A stretch of 64,000 nucleotides of DNA from Mobula hypostoma (lineage: Eukaryota): NCBI RefSeq assembly GCF_963921235.1, contig NC_086097.1:131256001-131320000 (forward strand), read 5' to 3'. Each line of letters opens with the position of its first letter. Positions within the stretch are counted from its first letter, which is position 1. Below, one piece after another: positions 49,523 through 61,592 of this stretch. The position numbers and the translations under genes were made by a program. The notes beneath the pieces were generated by a model. It made no database searches. It was not told the DNA's origin and worked only from the letters and a program-made list of their open reading frames with translations.

Positions 49523-51139
49523 GCTTAACGTAGCTTAACAAGCTATGAGCCCATGATATTACAGGAAAGATTCTAGCATGGATAAAGCAGTGACTGACTG
49601 GCAGGAGACAAGGAGTGGGAATAAAGGGAGCCTTTTCTGGTTGGCTGCTGGTGACTAGGGGTGTTCCACAGTGGTCTGTGTTGGAGCCAATTCTTTTTAT
49701 GTTATATGTTAATGATTTAGATGATGTAATTGATGGCTTTGTTACAGAGTTTGTAGACGATATGAAAATAGGTGGAGGGGCAGGTGGTTTTGAGGAAGTA
49801 GAGATGCTGCAGAAAGACTAAGATAGATTAGAAGAATGGGCAAAGAAATCGGAGATGAAATACAGTGTCAGAAAGTGTATGGTCATGCACTTTGGTAGAA
49901 GAAATGAAAAGGTTGACTATTTTCTAAATGGAGAGGAAATCCAAAAAAACTTTGGTGCAAAGCGACTTGGGAGTCCTTGTGCAGGATTCCCTAAAGGTTA
50001 ATTTGCAGGTTGAGTCTGTAGTGAGGAAGGCAAATGCAATGTTAGCATTCATTTCAAGAGCATTAGAATATAAAAGCAAGCATGTAATGCTGAAACCTTA
50101 TAAAGCACTGGTGAGGGCTCACTAGGAGCATTGTGTGCAAGTTTGGGCCCCTTAACTTAGAAAGGAAGTGCTGAAACTGGAGAGGGTTCCAAAGCAGTTC
50201 ATGAAAATGATTCCAGGATTGAATAGCTTGTTATATGAAGAGCATCTGATGGCTCTTCACTAGAATTCAGAAGAATGAAGGGTGACTTCATTGAAACTGA
50301 TTGAATGGTGAAAGGCCTTGACAGAGTGGATGTGGAGAGGATGTTTCCTATGGTGGAAGAGTCTACGACTGGAGGACACAGCCTCAGAATGGAGGAACAT
50401 CATTATATAATGGAGTTGAGGAGGAATTTCTTTAGCCATAGAGAGCTGAATCTGTGGAATTCTTTGCCACAGGTAGATGTGGCAGCCAGATATATGTAAA
50501 GCAGAGGTTGATAGGTTCTTGATTGGTCAGGGCATGAAGGAATGTGGGGAGAAAGCAGGAGATTCGGGCTGAGAGGAAAATTGGATCAGCCATGATGAAA
50601 TGGCAGAGCAGACTTGATGGACCAAAAGACCTAATCCTGCTCCTATATCTTATGGTCTTATGGTGACATACACATACACACTCACATAATCCCACACATT
50701 AAAAATTTTAAACTAACTTAAATAAATCGAAAGCTCTACCCATTATTCTGCCTTCTGTTGACTTCTCCAACTTACCAGTGCATTAATAGGCTCACCTGCT
50801 GGTATTTGTGGGGGTCCTTTGGAAGAAGATCTGCCTTATTATTTACCAAACAACACTTTGGGTATGATAGACATAAGTTAATGGTTGTTCTTTGTAAATG
50901 ACACAATGCTTTTCTAAAGTATCTTCTTGTATTGCTCTCTTGAGATGATAGCATTAAAGTTAGATTTGCATTCTCCCTTTAGCTTGTTATCAATCACTCT
51001 GCCAAGAGGCATTATAGCAGCAGAACTATTGTGTCTTCCAGTACTGACTCTCTGATGACTGCGGTTTCCCTCTCTGGCTGAAGGGATGCCCCTGTGTTAT
51101 ATGAGATGGACCATTGTCTTGAACCACCCTTGCCAACAA

Positions 51140-51752
51140 TACACAAACAAGAAAAAATCTGCAGATGCTGGAAATCCGAGCAACACACACAAAATGCTGG
51201 AGGAACTCAGCAGACATGACGTAGATTGGGAGATCACTTCGCCTGAGTATCTACGCTCCAACCGTCAGATCAAGTGGGATCTCCCAGTGGCCACCCATTT
51301 TAATTCCACTTTCCATTCCCATACAGATATGTCCATCCATGGCCTCCTCCACTGACAGGATAAGGCCACACTTTGGCTGGAGGAACAACACCTTATATTC
51401 TGTTTGGGTAGCTTCCATCCTGATGGCATGAACATAGATTTCTCAAACTTCCAGTAATGCCTCCACCCCCCAGCCCCCTTTACCATTTCCCATCTCCTTG
51501 TTCCTCTCCCACCTTATCTCCCTGCCTGCCCATCGCTTCACCCCACTTCTTTCTTCCATGGTCTTCTGTCTCGTTCACCAATCAACTTCCTAGTTCTTTG
51601 CTTCATCCCTCCCTCTCCAAGTTTCACCTATCGCCAGGCGTTTCTCTCTCCACCGCCCCCCCACCCCATCTTTCAAATCTACTCCTCAGCTTTTTTTTCC
51701 TGCAGTCCTGCCAAAGGACTTTGGCCCGAAATGTCGACTGTACTTTTTTCTG
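51140..51752 (+). mobile_element. 5'-truncated Penelope-like element with an inverted pLTR piece at its 5' end
   Basis: 51140-51214 is pLTR in reverse orientation. It is followed by the GIY-YIG C-terminus (DLPVATHFNS..EEQHLIFCLGSFHPDGMN), the 3'UTR, and CAGTC-CTGCCAA-AGGACTTTGGCCC-GAAATGTC-GACTG. Confidence 0.88.
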
Positions 51753-52140
51753 TGTTCTTGTCCCAGCTCTCTAGTCAAGTCCTGTTCCTAGTACTTCAGT
51801 GTCTGTGTCTTGCATTTGGGTCCACTTCCAACGTCCACCTTATGACAGGGAAGCTAATGGCCGGGGCTTCACCTTGCTTGTGGCCAGGACCCTTCACTTC
51901 TGAGACGTGTCCATCCGCATTTACTGTTCCTGGGTAAGTTGGTCCACCACAGCCGAGAGTTGTCGCAAGCTCTAATCGCAAGCAGGCCAGATAGTCAGTC
52001 AGAAATGTTTTAAAGTATATAGACTTAAGCATCAAATGAAGGTTAAAAAGCAAAATAGATAGATTTAAAACACTACATGACAAATCATTTGGAAACATTA
52101 AACCTATGTAAAGTAAATAAACACATTACCTATTTGCATT

Positions 52141-52410
52141 GGCACAGTACTGCAGCAGTGACCCAGGTTTGGTCCTGACCTTGGGTGTGCTGTGAATTGA
52201 TTGACTTTATTTCTTACATCCTTCACATACGTGAGGAGTAAAAATCTTCACGTTACATCTCTGTCTGAATATGCAATGTGCAAATGATAGTAATTTGTAA
52301 TAAATGGTATGGACAGTAAAATGTACACCAGAACAGAGTTTGTATGGTTCCCTTTGTCTATCTAGATTTTCTCCTGGTGTTCCAGTTTCCTCCACATCCC
52401 AAAGAAATTC
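52141..52410 (+). mobile_element. HE1/V-SINE split by a LINE-tail insertion (~52196-52335)
   Basis: GACCCAGGTTTGGTCCTGACCTTGGGTG..TGTG | GAGTTTGTATG..CTCCTGGTGTTCCAGTTTCCTCCACATCCCAAAGA. Confidence 0.6.
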
Positions 52411-52905
52411 AATTTGTTAGTCATTTGCTCAGTACATGTATGCACAGGTACATTGAAAAAACTTACTTGCTGCAACATCACAGGCACGTAGCATCAAATA
52501 AGCAGTACCCACAAGAAAACGCAAATCAAATAAAAATTGTACGCATCTTTTAATAAGAGCACAGAATTAGATTTTTAAAATAGGCCTATTGTAGTTCAAG
52601 GTGATCAAAGTGGTCATTGTGCCAGTATACCGTAATGATAAGGGCTGGCTGGTTCAAGAAACGAATGGTTGAAGGGAAGTAGCTATTTTTGAACCTGGTG
52701 ATGTGAGACTTCAGGCTTCTGTGCTTCCTGCTCAATGGTAGCCGTAAGAAGGTGGCATGGCCCGGATGGTGGGGATCTTTAGATCTGTGGCGACTATGTT
52801 GCCTCCTTGAGGAAGCACATCATGTAGATAATGCCAATGGTGGGAATGGATGTGCCAATGATGTATTAAGCTGAATCCACTACTCTCTGGAGCTTCTTAC
52901 ATTCT
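52410..52905 (-). mobile_element. Rex1/Babar-type 3' fragment
   Basis: GAAGGGAAGTAGCTATTTTTGAACCTGGTG..GGCCCGGATGGTGGGGATCTTT is the complement of KDPHHPGHA. Confidence 0.8.
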
Positions 52906-53689
52906 TGGGAGTTTCTTTCCATCCTATATGTGGGCTCCTGAACATTTTGGATGCATGAACGCAAGGTTCTTCGTACCGCCACAAATGCCCCTTCTCCACT
53001 TTCAGCGCACCCACCAATCTTTTCCTCTGGTAAGCTCTTCCATTGATGGACCCTGCTTAGAGGATCAGTGTTAGGAGTCTGCTGTCAATTGTGCATTACA
53101 GCATGGGCCATCAAGTGTACTGACACAGTATAACTAAGGCTGCACTTTTGGATCTGTTTATCTGGGAGAGGATACGAGTATTTTTTTGATTACACTGCCC
53201 ATGGACTTAGGGGAATTTGCAAGGAGAGCAGTGGTGGAATATTTCCTGTGCCTCAAGGTACCTGATATCAGCAGTTCAGGTCACAGCAGCATATACATTA
53301 GAGGACAGGGTTCACTGAAGCCCAGTAAACAACCGGTTTTGTGCCCTGTTGGAGGTCTTGATCTTCAAACATAATTTTCTGAAATGAACTAATGACCAGG
53401 AAAAGATGGCACACAGAACCTAGGCAACAATTGAAGGGTGAGAGTGCCACATTGTATTTATACAGAAATGCTCAGGTGAGATAGGTGCACTGGCAGCAGA
53501 CTTGCATGAATCCTAAGACCATGTCGTGCTGCACTAAATGTTGCATTCATCCATTTGGCCTGCGTTCACTGATCCACACAAGCTCTTGTAAATTACCCAT
53601 ACTTGTTTTCGAATCCCTCCAACCTCTTTAAACCTCTTCCAGACTACTTTGCTTCTCCTTTTCCAGCTTTCCTGGCTTCTCTTTATTTT

Positions 53690-53810
53690 AATGACCTCAC
53701 CATTGACAGCCATGCCTTCAGCTGCTTGCCCCCCCCCCCACCAAGCTCTCAAATACTCCCCGTCTCTCCTCCCTTAAGAAGCCACTTAAAACTAACCTTG
53801 TCAACCAATG
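53690..53810 (+). mobile_element. L2-type 3' ORF remnant
   Basis: CATGCCTTCAGCTGC..CCAAGCTCT..CCTTAAGAAGCCACTTAAAACTAACCT. Confidence 0.45.
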
Positions 53811-53984
53811 TCACCAATTCTGATATTCCACCCAATATTATGATGATAACTTTCTTTTTAGGAATAATCTTGTTGCAGGGTGCTGAATATGACTTTAAGT
53901 CAGGTTTATTGCCATTTGCCCAAGTACGGTGAGGAACAGGTAGAATGGAAAACTTAGTGGTCAAGCAGCCTCTGTGGGTGTCAG

Positions 53985-54110
53985 ATGCAAGGTTTCAACC
54001 CAAAACTGGACAATTCCTTTCCTTCCACAAATGCTGTTCTACCCACTAAATTCTCCAGCAGACTGTGTTTTTGTTCATGCTTCTAACAGGGACATCTTGT
54101 ATCTCCAGAA
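53985..54110 (+). mobile_element. Penelope-like pLTR remnant
   Basis: GATGCAAGGTTTCAACCCAAAACTGGAC..AATGCTG..TTCTCCAGCAGA. Confidence 0.55.
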
Positions 54111-54366
54111 TCACAGGCATGTAGATTCTAGGAAGCGATATACAGTATATTCAAGTTGTTGTCTTAGTTTAATCAACTGTTGGAAGCAAAACTGTTGAAG
54201 GGCCTGTGTCTGTGTAAAATCTACATAATTATATTGCAAAAGATTCCTCTGTTGTAAATTGAGCCTGTACAAGTTTTTAGGAATCCTGTGTTTCCTGGTT
54301 GATAGTATTGGACTGGCTGGCATTTATTTTCCTTTAGCTTATATGGTGTTAGTATTAGTACCAATG

Positions 54367-54622
54367 TTCAAAATTCAAAGTAAAATTTATGATCAGAGTA
54401 CATGCATGTCACCACATACAAGCCTGAGATTCTCTTCCTGCGGGCACACTTAGCAAATTTATAGAATCGTAACTGTGAACAGGATCAATGAACAACAACC
54501 TGTGCAAATGCAAATATAAAAAACAAGCATGAAATAACCAGACAGAGAGTTCTTAAGGTGAGACCATCGGTTGTAGGAACACCAGAAATAGAATGAATGT
54601 AGTTATCCCCTCTTGTTTAAGC
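54367..54622 (-). mobile_element. Rex1/Babar-type 3'UTR
   Basis: TTCAAAATTCAAAGTAAAATTTAT..CACCACATACAAGCCTGAGATT tail complement. Confidence 0.55.
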
Positions 54623-54704
54623 CTCCTCAGTGCCTAACGGCTTGATGGAGCCACGGGAGAAACAACTAGTTGATCCTGTTTATGGACAAAGGAAGTTTAA
54701 GCGT

Positions 54705-54990
54705 GACCAGTATTTATTGCCCCTCCCTGATGCCCATTGAGAGGTGACAGTGAGCTGCACTCAGGACTTGCTTCAGTCCTTCTGGTGAAGGTACTCCCAG
54801 GAAATTCCAGGGTTTAAGACCCGCCTGCAATGTAGTACCAGTGAGAGAGTTTCAAGAGGATGATGGAAACTTGATGGGAGAAAGCTTGCTGTCTTCATCT
54901 TTCGTGTGGCAGAGATTGTGGATTTGGGACATGTTGTCAGAGTATCTGAAGCAAGAACTTGAGGTGCCCATTGTAGGTTTTACACAGTGC
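54705..54990 (-). mobile_element. CR1/L2-type 3' end
   Basis: CAGTATTTATTGCCCCTCCCTGATGCCCATTGAGAGGTG, homologous to 49158-49489. Confidence 0.6.
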
Positions 54991-56337
54991 TTGGAGAATG
55001 GAGCAAAGAAAACTTAAGAAAGAGTAGTCAGAGTGTTATACTTACTATGATTGTATTTGTGGTGTTCTTATACCAAAGCCACAAATAAGGTGATTTCTCA
55101 GCAGCTGATTCAAAATCACTACTTTGTCTCTATACATGGAATGAATACCTCATTCACCCTGCATTGTCATTATAGATTACGGACAGAGTTTGCCTGTGAT
55201 TTGCAGCTTTGAGGAATGCAGATAAAATATAAAAAAATATTGTGACCAAACCGACAAAGAGAAGAAATGGATGATGCAATGTGCAGAAGAATTTAGATGA
55301 CTGCAGGGAAACAAATCAAAATCTTTACTTTTCATTACTGCAATTAGATTGAGCCGCATATGGCAAAAGCAGCCTTACATCTCTACACCCTCAATGCCTG
55401 CAATAAAATGTGTGACAACAGTAATTAGGCATTTAGTCATGTCAATTCCAGAGAAAGGAGAAAATCTTGCAGCAAATCTGCAACCAAATGCTTTGAGTTA
55501 GCTCTTCACTTATAAGCTCGGAAAATTTTTGTTGGGGCTCTCTGTCCCTAATCAACCAATCTACATTGGTGGGTTCTGATGGAAGGCCAGAATCATCAAA
55601 GAAGAGGGGCAGATCCAACTCACTACTGTAGTCAGACAAGTGTTCTGCAGCTCTGCGACTCCCAGTGACCATCAGGCTTCGATTCTGTGCCCTGAAGCCA
55701 TAGGCCCGAATCACTGCTCTGTAGATCAGCAACATTTAAATACAGATATCATTCAAAATTAAAAATTGTTTAATAAATATTGAGATAATGAAAACATATT
55801 AGACTTACAGTATTTTCAGTAATTAAAATCATAGATGCCGTGTGGAATAACAAGAACCTCGCCCAAAATAATGCAGTTATTAATCGTGTAAAGTTAGTGA
55901 TTCTATTCATTTGGACCAAGGTAGATATATCAGCTAATGGTGGTGTAAAATTGAGGAGTCAGATGTGAAGTGTAATTGACCCCTTGATTCAGCGTGTTAT
56001 ATGCAGGCTGCAGGGTCAGAAGTCCAAAACATTATGCTATGGGCAGGATCAGTGGTTCACCATGAGACCAATGAGTTTCCATCTAACATAACCTGCTCCA
56101 TTAACTTAGCTTCTCTCTCCACAGATGTTGTCTGACCTGCTGAGGATTTCCATCATTTTCTGTCTTACTTCAGATTTTGAACAGATGTGATATTTTGATT
56201 TAGGACTCCACCTCTTTTGGCTTTAGTAAACTGTAAATGTGGCAAACGTCACTCCTGCCTGTTTTCAAACAGGAGCTGATATGTTTGTTACACCATTCAC
56301 CTCCAGTGGCTCTCCCCATTGCCTAGATTAGGAGGTT

Positions 56338-57200
56338 ATATAGAACATAGAACAGCCCTAGTACAGGCCCTTTGGCTCATGATATTGTGATGGTCTAATT
56401 AAACTAATGACACCTAATAAACATACTAATTCCTTCTGGTTGGGCATAATCTATATTCCTCTGTCTACAAGATATAGGGTATTGAACTGGATGCAATTTA
56501 TGAACCTATTTGTTTGTGGGATCAGGGCTGAGGGGTGAACTGCACACATCTGAGGAATCAATGCTCACAACGACTGATAATTAGGGATAGTGGCCAGCGG
56601 AGATCACTCAGCTATCCGGTTGGCTGGGACCCAGTGGAGATGAGTGGCCAGTGCAGCAGCCAACCAATCAGAATGAGTCGGACCAATATAAACATGAGCA
56701 ACAGGCAGAAACGACACTCATGTGATGACATCACTTCGACTGGTATCGAAACGTTTGCGGCCTAACCTCCAGACTAAGTGAACAAGCCTACGAATATCCC
56801 TCTGATCTCCGCATATCCATGAGTTCATCTAAGAGTGTCTTGAATGCCACAATCACCACCACCCCTGGGAATGTTCAAAGACTAGTTAAAGAGAAGATGG
56901 AAGAGTACAGCACAGGAACGGTCTCTTTGGACCATTGTCTGTGCCAAACATGGTGTCAAATAAAAGTTAAGCTTTTCTGGCTGCACATGATCCATATCCC
57001 TCTATTCACCGCACATTCACATGTCTGGCTGATCGCCTCATAAACTCCACTATCATATCTGCTTCTCTGGAAGCCTGTTCTAGGCACCTATCATTCTCTT
57101 GTGCAAAAACAAACTGGCCCTGTACAACTCCTTTGAATATCTCTCTCTCTCTCTCTCTCGTATTAAATTCATGTCCTCTAATATTAGAGATTTTTACCCA
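56338..57200 (-). mobile_element. Two CR1 3' ends, the first interrupted by a Penelope-like piece
   Basis: ATAGAACATAGAACAG..GTACAGGCCCTTTGG and GTACAGCACAGGAACGG tails. Minus ORF includes SNIRGHEFN. Confidence 0.7.
56465..56805 (+). mobile_element. Second Penelope-like family 3' end/pLTR
   Basis: ATTGAACTGGATGCAATTTATGAACCT (IELDAIYEP), CCAATCAG..CCAATATAAA, then GTGATGA..GAAACGTT, a hammerhead-like remnant at 56722-56755. Confidence 0.55.
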
Positions 57201-57654
57201 GTTAGTCGCACTTGATACCACATTTATCTATTCCATTGTAGCTAGATTAATTCTGTTGATGCGCCTCTCCTCTTCCTCACTTGCGCCTTGCTCCTCAGCA
57301 GAGTTTGAGGATATTGCAGGAACATGGTTGATGGGACCTTTCTATTGCTTTGAGTTGCCTGCAGTTGGAACTCCAAGCAGTGAGATTTGTTTTGCAGATG
57401 TGGTACTAACCTTTAGTGTCACACAGGTCCTCTACGTCTCCTGTCTCAACCTCTCTATTGTCTGGAGATGGTCAGGTTACGAGTGATCATTTCTTTTCTG
57501 GAGGGAATCTTGTGCTCACTAATCTTCATCGTCTCCTGATCCTTCAAAACTGCGACTTATAAGTTTTCACCCTTGTGTAAATACAAGCCCATGGCTTTTT
57601 ATCTTCCCCACATGTGAAATCTATCAATTGCTTTGATCCCTTTCTTTTACTTAA

Positions 57655-58240
57655 GCAATCCTGCTGGATCGAGGATGACTTACTTCTACTGCAGATCTGT
57701 GGATTCTGAAGTGACTTATCAAACTAATGGTGGATATGGAGACTATACTACATTTGGGATAGGATGTGCTCAGTGGGGTGGGTGAGCAAATAGCTTGGGT
57801 GGTGGTCTGCTCCTTTCTGTTAACATTGGGCCTTTATGAGCTCTTGACTGCATTTGGACTAGGGATTCCATGAGGTTGGCACGGATGATAACTTTTTTTA
57901 AGAGCTTTTCAGACCATGCTTGAACTGTTTCCTTTATCTACCTGGTTTTCTTTTGTCTGCATGTTTGGGGAGTCTGAAGTCAAAGAAGTGAATGTTGTGG
58001 TCTGTCCAGAGGAATCTGCTGAGTGCAATTAGAGATTCAGCGATGAGGATGTTAGGCAGGGGGAGTACACTGAGAATAGGTCACATTCTGTCCATGGACT
58101 GGGAGGATTTTGCAGGGACATTTTTGTTGGAACCTCTCCGGTACCTCAAGGTGCTGCAAATAGCCCATATCTCAGAAATAGACAGAAGTGTGTTGATCAC
58201 CGCTGCATGGTAGACCATGCATTTGATACTGGTTTGAGGT
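57655..58240 (-). mobile_element. Old RTE-clade LINE 3' fragment
   Basis: Minus strand gives HL..ERFQQKC.CKIL, W.DH, RLPK and RKQFK..LKSS-like motifs. Confidence 0.55.
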
Positions 58241-58719
58241 CTTGGTCTTCAAATGCTTCCTTTCTCTTTGTGGAACCACACAGAAGAGGAGATGAAACCT
58301 AGGCAGATCAGCCACGGGCAGGGCAGACTTGAGGGGCTGAAAAACCTGCTTTTTGATCCTATGTTCTCATGTTTTTGTTTGTCCAGAGGATGTCTTGGAG
58401 CACAGTAGTCAGTGATAAATTTAATCTTTAGCTGAGAGTTGCCTCAGCAAAAAGGGTTTATAATTTCCATCGTGCTGGCCATTTATAACGGTTGGGGTGG
58501 AGGGGTGGTGGTGGTGTGAGGTTTTGATCCCTGTATCCCTCCACTGGTAGTCACTGGACTGAATTCCACCCACAAGTGCTTCCCCCTCTCCAGCTGCCTT
58601 TGTGACACTCTTCGTGGAACTCTCCTAATGATTTCCCACCTTGTTTTAATGTTTCTCTGAAGCACCCTTGCATAATGCTTTTATTTTGTTTTCTTGGTGC
58701 TGTATAAATGCAGATTGGT

Positions 58720-60960
58720 TTTAATAAATTCTTTTATTGTTTGTAATCCTTTGTGTATTTCATGTGTGATGCTTTCAGTGGTTACAAAGCCAGTGACTGA
58801 AGGCAAATCACATCGAAACAAAATGTGTCTGGAGTTATGTGAGGGAAGCGATTTTAATTTATAGAATAATATAATGAAAGCCTGTTTCAGCTGAATATTT
58901 GACAAATAGACTGAAACACATGGCTGGGCTTAATAATAGGCTACATGACTCAGGAATTAGGTCATCTTGATACATCGGAAATAACATTTAATCTACGTAT
59001 TTAAACTGTGATTACATTGAATGCAAAGTTACATTTCAATTATTTACTTTATGAGTAATATGTATATTTATGTTGCAAAGGTCAGAAATCGGAATTGTTT
59101 TGATCAAGAGAAACACAGTTATATCAGTTAATAAGTAAGATTTTTCAGTTTAAAAAGCTATCTGTGGATTAAATTTTCAATCGAGAGTTGATTTACACAC
59201 AACAGAAAGGTTGTTCTCTGCCACAAAGCAAGATGTCTGATTGTTCTCCAAATAATAACAAAAAATGTCAAAAAGTGTCGCTGATGTGATTTTGTAATTA
59301 GGTACAAGCAAATCAGCAAAAAAATGCTGAATACATTAAAACAACAATTGTTGCTTTTAGAAGTGTCCTAATCTGCAACTGGCTTCAATATGTTTATATA
59401 TTAACTCTATTTTCATTCCCTTTGCAATTAAGCAGGATGATTTTTAACAATTAGCCGTATTTTACTGCTTAGATTTGCAAAGAGGGCAAAGAGAAAAAAA
59501 AACACTGTTCAGTAGCAGTGAAAACAAATACAAGCACTTTGCTTTTGAGAACTGGTATGGTGTGATGCTTCAGTAGATACCGTAAACACCATACAGTCTG
59601 AAGACAAAACAGAAAATACACAATGTTATAGCTTTGGCAGCACAGTGCTTTAAAGATGAGTCATCAGAAAAAAATACTGTAGAATAACATTTGTGGTGAA
59701 ATGCTGCATCAGGCAAACATTGATGGAAATATTACAGACCAGTGCAAATCAGTTTCTGTTCCCAGCTGGGCTTTTGTTTGTTCGTGTATTCCTTTTACAT
59801 TTACAAGTGAATTGAGTTGTATTTAATATGACTTTCAACATGCACTAAACTCTTGCACTTCCAGACCTCCAGACATTTGTGTTTTATGACGCATATGAAT
59901 GTTTAGTTAGCTGTGTATTAATGTGATCAGGACCGAAATAAAACTTGAAAATTATTTTTCACAAAGGTAAATCAAGTTAGGAGATGAGAATCACAGGAAA
60001 TACTTTGCTGCCATTTAACCTGTTTATGGTCACTTCCATAAATATGAATAAAATAGATAGCAAAATATCTATCTAAATGCCACCAAGAACTTTCTCTCTC
60101 AGTGTTTAAAGTCTTATCTGCTGGCTCCTTCTATAAACATACACGTTATTGGTTATTTGAAGTTTGTTCATCGTTCCCTCTCTGCTAAAAATGTAGTGGC
60201 TCCGTGTTTTCACTATGTACTTATCACATGGATTAATGCTGGCAATGTTACCTTGTAAAATGGCTGGAACATTGAGACTTACGCTGAAGAACAGTTCAAT
60301 CAAGCAACACTTTTTCCATAATGGAGGGCTCGGGTTATTCTGTTCTTTACGACCCCAGGGTTCACATAAATGAAGAAAAAAAATGGAAAATAAGGCCAGA
60401 AGTGATTGTTAAAATGTTCCCGCAGTTGCAAAGCCTCTATGGTATTTGCTGTGTGCAAACAGTCCTATTGTTATCTTTTTTATCCCCCTGCAGTAGTCAT
60501 AAAGGAATACTTATGATTGTGGGATAAAAAGATCACAAATGCCTTTCACAGCAATGTCAGTAATGCTGTAATTATTGTTATTGACTAAAAACATGAATTA
60601 AAGCCTAGGTACAGAGGCAATGTTTGCAGATCAATTATTGCTTTAGTGCTCCCGATGAATCTGTTTTCTAAGTGATGATTTAATGGACAGCTTCTGCTTG
60701 TTAGGAAGTGCAATATGTTGGAGTTAGTTCAGTTTGATTTAGATGTAAAAATGCCTTCTATTTTAAATGATTTCGGTGAATCTGCCACAGAAAGGGCACA
60801 TCTATGCTGGTTAAAACAACGATGGCTTAAAATACCTAATATCTTTGTTATATATATAATTAGTCAAAAGGACAATGGTGTGTTACACTTGTTTTGCTTA
60901 ACCTTTGCCATTTCAAAGTTTCTTTCTTCATAGATATGCATACAGGTACCCCTCAGGTAC
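58720..60960. promoter_or_regulatory. Transposon-poor block, candidate conserved enhancer cluster
   Basis: No recognisable TE in 2.2 kb. AP-1 TGACTCA/TGAGTCA (~58946, ~59657), AACAAT and TAAT motifs. Confidence 0.4.
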
Positions 60961-60967
60961 AGCAATT

Positions 60968-61330
60968 AAATTGTATTGGCTAATTATCGTGACATGAACT
61001 GAGGTACAGAGAAGAACTTGTTTTGTATGCCGTCCATACAGATCATTCCATTACAGCAGTGCATTGAGCGAGTACAAGGTAAGACAATAACAGAATGCTG
61101 AATAAGGTGTCACAGTTACAGAGAAAGTGCAGTGCAGGCAGGCAGCAAGTTGCAAAGCCACAACAAGGAAGACTGTGAGATCAAAATTCCATCTTATCGT
61201 ACCAGGGAACTGTTCAGTAGTCTTATCGCAATGGATAGAAGCTGTCCTTGAGCTATGTAGTGTGTGCTTTCAGGCTTTTGTATCTTCTGCCTGATGGGTA
61301 GGGAGAAAAGAAAGAATGTCCTGGGTGGGC
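60968..61330 (-). mobile_element. Rex1/Babar-type 3' end
   Basis: Minus ORF SLPIRQKIQKPESTH..AIRLLN plus the family 3'UTR. Confidence 0.75.
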
Positions 61331-61454
61331 AGGACCTCGGTTTTTTTAGATTTGTCCACAAAGAAAATTGGCGAAAGAGTAGACTATTTGCCCCACTGGG
61401 TTTGTTGCTCAAGTCAATATTGTCAATAATAATCTCTCAGGTGCAATTCACTTC

Positions 61455-61592
61455 AGGGCCCTGAAGAAGGGTCTCAGCCTGAAACGTCGACTGTTTATTT
61501 ATCTCCATCGATGCTGCCTGATCTGCCGAGTTCCTCCAGCAGTTTGTTTGTGTTGCTTTGGATTCCCAGCATCTGCAGACTTGCTCGTGTTT
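61455..61592 (+). mobile_element. Penelope-like pLTR with intact hammerhead core
   Basis: CTGAAGA-AGG-GTCTCAG-CCT-GAAA-CG-TC-GACTG at 61461-61493, followed by the pLTR body. Confidence 0.85.

Larger units (their letters stand above)
48950..50662 (+). mobile_element. CR1 RT region to 3' end, interrupted at ~49103-49525
   Basis: HGFLKGKSCLTNLLEFFEE..YLGFQKAFDKVPHM, then after the insert GVPQWSVLEP..NDLDD..FVDD..LGVLVQDSLKV. Tail CCTATATCTTATGGTCTTATGG. Confidence 0.92.

Noticed and set aside
51755..51847. Possible LTR 3' end (TGCATTTGGGTCC...TATGACA)
   Set aside because: No matching 5' end, TSD, primer-binding site or internal sequence could be identified.
59581..59603. Resemblance of CGTAAACACCATACAGTCTGAAG to miR-30
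   Set aside because: Only GTAAACA is shared, and it lies on the 3' arm whereas mature miR-30 is 5p.
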